A stretch of DNA of 63,917 nucleotides, from the NCBI GenBank assembly GCA_900617105.1, contig UYFQ01000800.1, positions 1-63,917 of the forward strand, in the 5' to 3' direction. A model generated the notes under the pieces. The model saw only the letters and a program-made list of their open reading frames with translations, was not told the DNA's origin and searched no databases. Within the stretch, counting starts at the first letter, position 1. Every line of letters begins with the position of its first letter. A program made the position numbers and the translations under genes. The stretch is from Hydrurus foetidus. Lineage: Eukaryota. Below, in pieces: positions 59,101 through 63,917 of this stretch.

Positions 59101-62100
59101 CTCTCTGTCGTTACGCAGCTTGTCCTTGAAGCTGGACAGCAGCCCTGACAGGTCCGTCGCCTTCTTCTCCTGAGCGATCGTCTGTTCAGTCAGTGAGACC
59201 ACTTGTCCTTGAGTAGTCTCAAGCTCGGCGCTCACAGACTTCAGCAGCGTCTCCTTCTCCTCGACTGTCAGCGATAGCGCCGCCACGGACTGCTGCAGAG
59301 TAGCTATCTGACCCTCGTGCGCCTTGGCAGTCGAGGCTGCTGCTAGGCCGCTGGATGCGAGCTGATCGGACAAGTCGCGCGTCTGCGATGTGGACTTCGC
59401 TTGCAGATCATCCAGCTCACATCTTGCGGTGGATAAAGCCTGAGAGAGAGAGAGAGTCATTGGGAAACAAGTGAGACGGACGAGTCAATGGTGGGGAAGT
59501 TGAGGTAAGATCGGTTCACGACGGCGCTCATAATTACGCAAATTAGTCAGATACATTCATAGCAAAATTGAAGATGCTGAGCATGCTGGTTCTCGCTACT
59601 CACCGTCTGAGCAGATGAGACGTCAGCCTCCAGTCGAGCCACCTCACCGGTCAGCTGCACCACCTGTCGACTCGCCTCTTCGCTCTCTTTGCTGTGCGTG
59701 CCGCTCTCGGCCAAGACCTCAGACAGACGCACCTTTGTGTCTGCGAGCTCCTTCATGGTGTTGGCGATGGTCTTGCTCTTTTCTGCGTCTCGGAGGTCGT
59801 GCTCCTCCTTGGCGGTCTGTAGCTCGAGTTGCATCTTATCCGTCAGGTCAGACATGCTCGCTGCACCCTGCTCTCTGTCGTTACGCAGCTTGTCCTTGAA
59901 GCTGGACAGCAGCCCTGACAGGTCCGTCGCCTTCTTCTCCTGAGCGATCGTCTGTTCAGTCAGTGAGACCACTTGTCCTTGAGTAGTCTCAAGCTCGGCG
60001 CTCACAGACTTCAGCAGCGTCTCCTTCTCCTCGACTGTCAGCGATAGCGCCGCCACGGACTGCTGCAGAGTAGCTATCTGACCCTCGTGCGCCTTGGCAG
60101 TCGAGGCTGCTGCTAGGCCGCTGGATGCGAGCTGATCGGACAAGTCGCGCGTCTGCGATGTGGACTTCGCTTGCAGATCATCCAGCTCACATCTTGCGGT
60201 GGATAAAGCCTGAGAGAGAGAAAGAGAGAGTCATTGGGAAACAAGTGAGACGGACGAGTCAATGGTGGGGAAGTTGAGGTAAGATCGGTTCACGACGGCG
60301 CTCATAATTACGCAAATTAGTCAGATACATTCATAGCAAAATTGAAGATGCTGAGCATGCTGGTTCTCGCTACTCACCGTCTGAGCAGATGAGACGTCAG
60401 CCTCCAGTCGAGCCACCTCACCGGTCAGCTGCACCACCTGTCGACTCGCCTCTTCGCTCTCTTTGCTGTGCGTGCCGCTCTCGGCCAAGACCTCAGACAG
60501 ACGCACCTTTGTGTCTGCGAGCTCCTTCATGGTGTTGGCGATGGTCTTGCTCTTTTCTGCGTCTCGGAGGTCGTGCTCCTCCTTGGCGGTCTGTAGCTCG
60601 AGTTGCATCTTATCCGTCAGGTCAGACATGCTCGCTGCACCCTGCTCTCTGTCGTTACGCAGCTTGTCCTTGAAGCTGGACAGCAGCCCTGACAGGTCCG
60701 TCGCCTTCTTCTCCTGAGCGATCGTCTGTTCAGTCAGTGAGACCACTTGTCCTTGAGTAGTCTCAAGCTCGGCGCTCACAGACTTCAGCAGCGTCTCCTT
60801 CTCCTCGACTGTCAGCGATAGCGCCGCCACGGACTGCTGCAGAGTAGCTATCTGACCCTCGTGCGCCTTGGCAGTCGAGGCTGCTGCTAGGCCGCTGGAT
60901 GCGAGCTGATCGGACAAGTCGCGCGTCTGCGATGTGGACTTCGCTTGCAGATCATCCAGCTCACATCTTGCGGTGGATAAAGCCTGAGAGAGAGAAAGAG
61001 AGAGTCATTGGGAAACAAGTGAGACGGACGAGTCAATGGTGGGGAAGTTGAGGTAAGATCGGTTCACGACGGCGCTCATAATTACGCAAATTAGTCAGAT
61101 ACATTCATAGCAAAATTGAAGATGCTGAGCATGCTGGTTCTCGCTACTCACCGTCTGAGCAGATGAGACGTCAGCCTCCAGTCGAGCCACCTCACCGGTC
61201 AGCTGCACCACCTGTCGACTCGCCTCTTCGCTCTCTTTGCTGTGCGTGCCGCTCTCGGCCAAGACCTCAGACAGACGCACCTTTGTGTCTGCGAGCTCCT
61301 TCATGGTGTTGGCGATGGTCTTGCTCTTTTCTGCGTCTCGGAGGTCGTGCTCCTCCTTGGCGGTCTGTAGCTCGAGTTGCATCTTATCCGTCAGGTCAGA
61401 CATGCTCGCTGCACCCTGCTCTCTGTCGTTACGCAGCTTGTCCTTGAAGCTGGACAGCAGCCCTGACAGGTCCGTCGCCTTCTTCTCCTGAGCGATCGTC
61501 TGTTCAGTCAGTGAGACCACTTGTCCTTGAGTAGTCTCAAGCTCGGCGCTCACAGACTTCAGCAGCGTCTCCTTCTCCTCGACTGTCAGCGATAGCGCCG
61601 CCACGGACTGCTGCAGAGTAGCTATCTGACCCTCGTGCGCCTTGGCAGTCGAGGCTGCTGCTAGGCCGCTGGATGCGAGCTGATCGGACAAGTCGCGCGT
61701 CTGCGATGTGGACTTCGCTTGCAGATCATCCAGCTCACATCTTGCGGTGGATAAAGCCTGAGAGAGAGAAAGAGAGAGTCATTGGGAAACAAGTGAGACG
61801 GACGAGTCAATGGTGGGGAAGTTGAGGTAAGATCGGTTCACGACGGCGCTCATAATTACGCAAATTAGTCAGATACATTCATAGCAAAATTGAAGATGCT
61901 GAGCATGCTGGTTCTCGCTACTCACCGTCTGAGCAGATGAGACGTCAGCCTCCAGTCGAGCCACCTCACCGGTCAGCTGCACCACCTGTCGACTCGCCTC
62001 TTCGCTCTCTTTGCTGTGCGTGCCGCTCTCGGCCAAGACCTCAGACAGACGCACCTTTGTGTCTGCGAGCTCCTTCATGGTGTTGGCGATGGTCTTGCTC

Positions 62101-63917
62101 TTTTCTGCGTCTCGGAGGTCGTGCTCCTCCTTGGCGGTCTGTAGCTCGAGTTGCATCTTATCCGTCAGGTCAGACATGCTCGCTGCACCCTGCTCTCTGT
62201 CGTTACGCAGCTTGTCCTTGAAGCTGGACAGCAGCCCTGACAGGTCCGTCGCCTTCTTCTCCTGAGCGATCGTCTGTTCAGTCAGTGAGACCACTTGTCC
62301 TTGAGTAGTCTCAAGCTCGGCGCTCACAGACTTCAGCAGCGTCTCCTTCTCCTCGACTGTCAGCGATAGCGCCGCCACGGACTGCTGCAGAGTAGCTATC
62401 TGACCCTCGTGCGCCTTGGCAGTCGAGGCTGCTGCTAGGCCGCTGGATGCGAGCTGATCGGACAAGTCGCGCGTCTGCGATGTGGACTTCGCTTGCAGAT
62501 CATCCAGCTCACATCTTGCGGTGGATAAAGCCTGAGAGAGAGAAAGAGAGAGTCATTGGGAAACAAGTGAGACGGACGAGTCAATGGTGGGGAAGTTGAG
62601 GTAAGATCGGTTCACGACGGCGCTCATAATTACGCAAATTAGTCAGATACATTCATAGCAAAATTGAAGATGCTGAGCATGCTGGTTCTCGCTACTCACC
62701 GTCTGAGCAGATGAGACGTCAGCCTCCAGTCGAGCCACCTCACCGGTCAGCTGCACCACCTGTCGACTCGCCTCTTCGCTCTCTTTGCTGTGCGTGCCGC
62801 TCTCGGCCAAGACCTCAGACAGACGCACCTTTGTGTCTGCGAGCTCCTTCATGGTGTTGGCGATGGTCTTGCTCTTTTCTGCGTCTCGGAGGTCGTGCTC
62901 CTCCTTGGCGGTCTGTAGCTCGAGTTGCATCTTATCCGTCAGGTCAGACATGCTCGCTGCACCCTGCTCTCTGTCGTTACGCAGCTTGTCCTTGAAGCTG
63001 GACAGCAGCCCTGACAGGTCCGTCGCCTTCTTCTCCTGAGCGATCGTCTGTTCAGTCAGTGAGACCACTTGTCCTTGAGTAGTCTCAAGCTCGGCGCTCA
63101 CAGACTTCAGCAGCGTCTCCTTCTCCTCGACTGTCAGCGATAGCGCCGCCACGGACTGCTGCAGAGTAGCTATCTGACCCTCGTGCGCCTTGGCAGTCGA
63201 GGCTGCTGCTAGGCCGCTGGATGCGAGCTGATCGGACAAGTCGCGCGTCTCGAGTGCCATTTGTACTTCTAAAGCTTCGAGCAGTTCTTCTTTTTTGCGT
63301 AGCTCCTGTCGATTGGTAACGTTAATGATATCGTGATCTTGTTATGACGTCAACAATAGTATGGAGGGGAACGGGATGAACGAAGTGCGTCGTTGGTTGC
63401 CGTGAAGATGCTTAATACTAATGAAGTAGCCACATCTCACTTTCTATGTTAATCAGCCGATCATACCTTGTGTGCATTGTCAGTGACAGCTTGTAGCTTT
63501 TCGACCTCCTGCGTTATCGTGGACTGCCAGTCATCAGCAGCCGTCAGCATGGCGCCTAACTCCTCAATCTTCGCCTCTGCCCTGTCGTTCTTCTCGACCA
63601 GCAGGGCGGCGCTTTCTCCTTCCTGCACTAGCAGCTCTTTGTCAGCCTTCAACTCACTCACTTGTTGGTTAGATACGTCCAGATCCTTCACTGCTCTGCT
63701 CTTGGAGACGGCGAGGGACTCAATATCAGTGGTCAGCTTGTCGATAATTTGTTTCAGATCGCCCAATTCTATCCGGACCTTGAAACATTCCGCCTTGTGC
63801 TCCCTTATCTGATTTTCACTATCCACGATTGTGACTGCTGATATGCGACACTCCTCGCTCTTCTGTTGCAACAGCTCTTCTACTTGAGCTTTCTCTTCAA
63901 GTATGACGGCATTGCTT
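56184..63917 (-). CDS. very large coiled-coil protein, 3' portion (5' end beyond window)
   Basis: Continuous E/K/L/Q/A-rich heptad-like exons with GT-AG introns. Stop at 56184-56186. Confidence 0.85.
58826..63250. repeat. 774-bp exon+intron tandem array (~5.7 units)
   Basis: 606-nt phase-0 exons at 58834-59439, 59604-60209, 60378-60983, 61152-61757, 61926-62531 and 62700-63305, separated by 164/168-nt introns. Confidence 0.96.

Noticed and set aside
58794..63039. Repeated plus-strand 94-aa and 84-aa ORFs
   Set aside because: Antisense shadows of the coiled-coil exons; the splice signals are on the minus strand.

Overview
Intron-rich eukaryotic nuclear DNA; gene content suggests a stramenopile/protist (inference). 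Host genes: an Hsp33-family chaperone, a histidyl-tRNA synthetase with an N-terminal ammonia-lyase-like domain, a ~13-kb multi-exon EF-hand/MABP-like/RanBP2-ZnF gene, UBC13, a CRC-domain (LIN54/TSO1-like) gene, EF-1beta, and the 3' part of a giant coiled-coil gene built from six tandem 606-nt exons. About half the window is mobile DNA: two copia-type remnants (one with an internal inversion), a decayed Sola2-like transposase, and an 18-kb nested transposon island (36.4-54.5 kb) between divergent genes. The island holds three PIF/Harbinger-superfamily elements, two non-autonomous TIR elements and a young Ngaro-like tyrosine-recombinase retrotransposon with split direct repeats. The most interesting observation concerns that retrotransposon. 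Gag and RT/RNaseH are in frame across a single TGA-C, and a predicted microsatellite-filled GT-AG intron fuses RT/RNaseH in frame to the otherwise ATG-less recombinase, so one Gag-RT-RH-YR polyprotein is possible. All calls were made by eye without database searches, and exon structures of the large genes are approximate.
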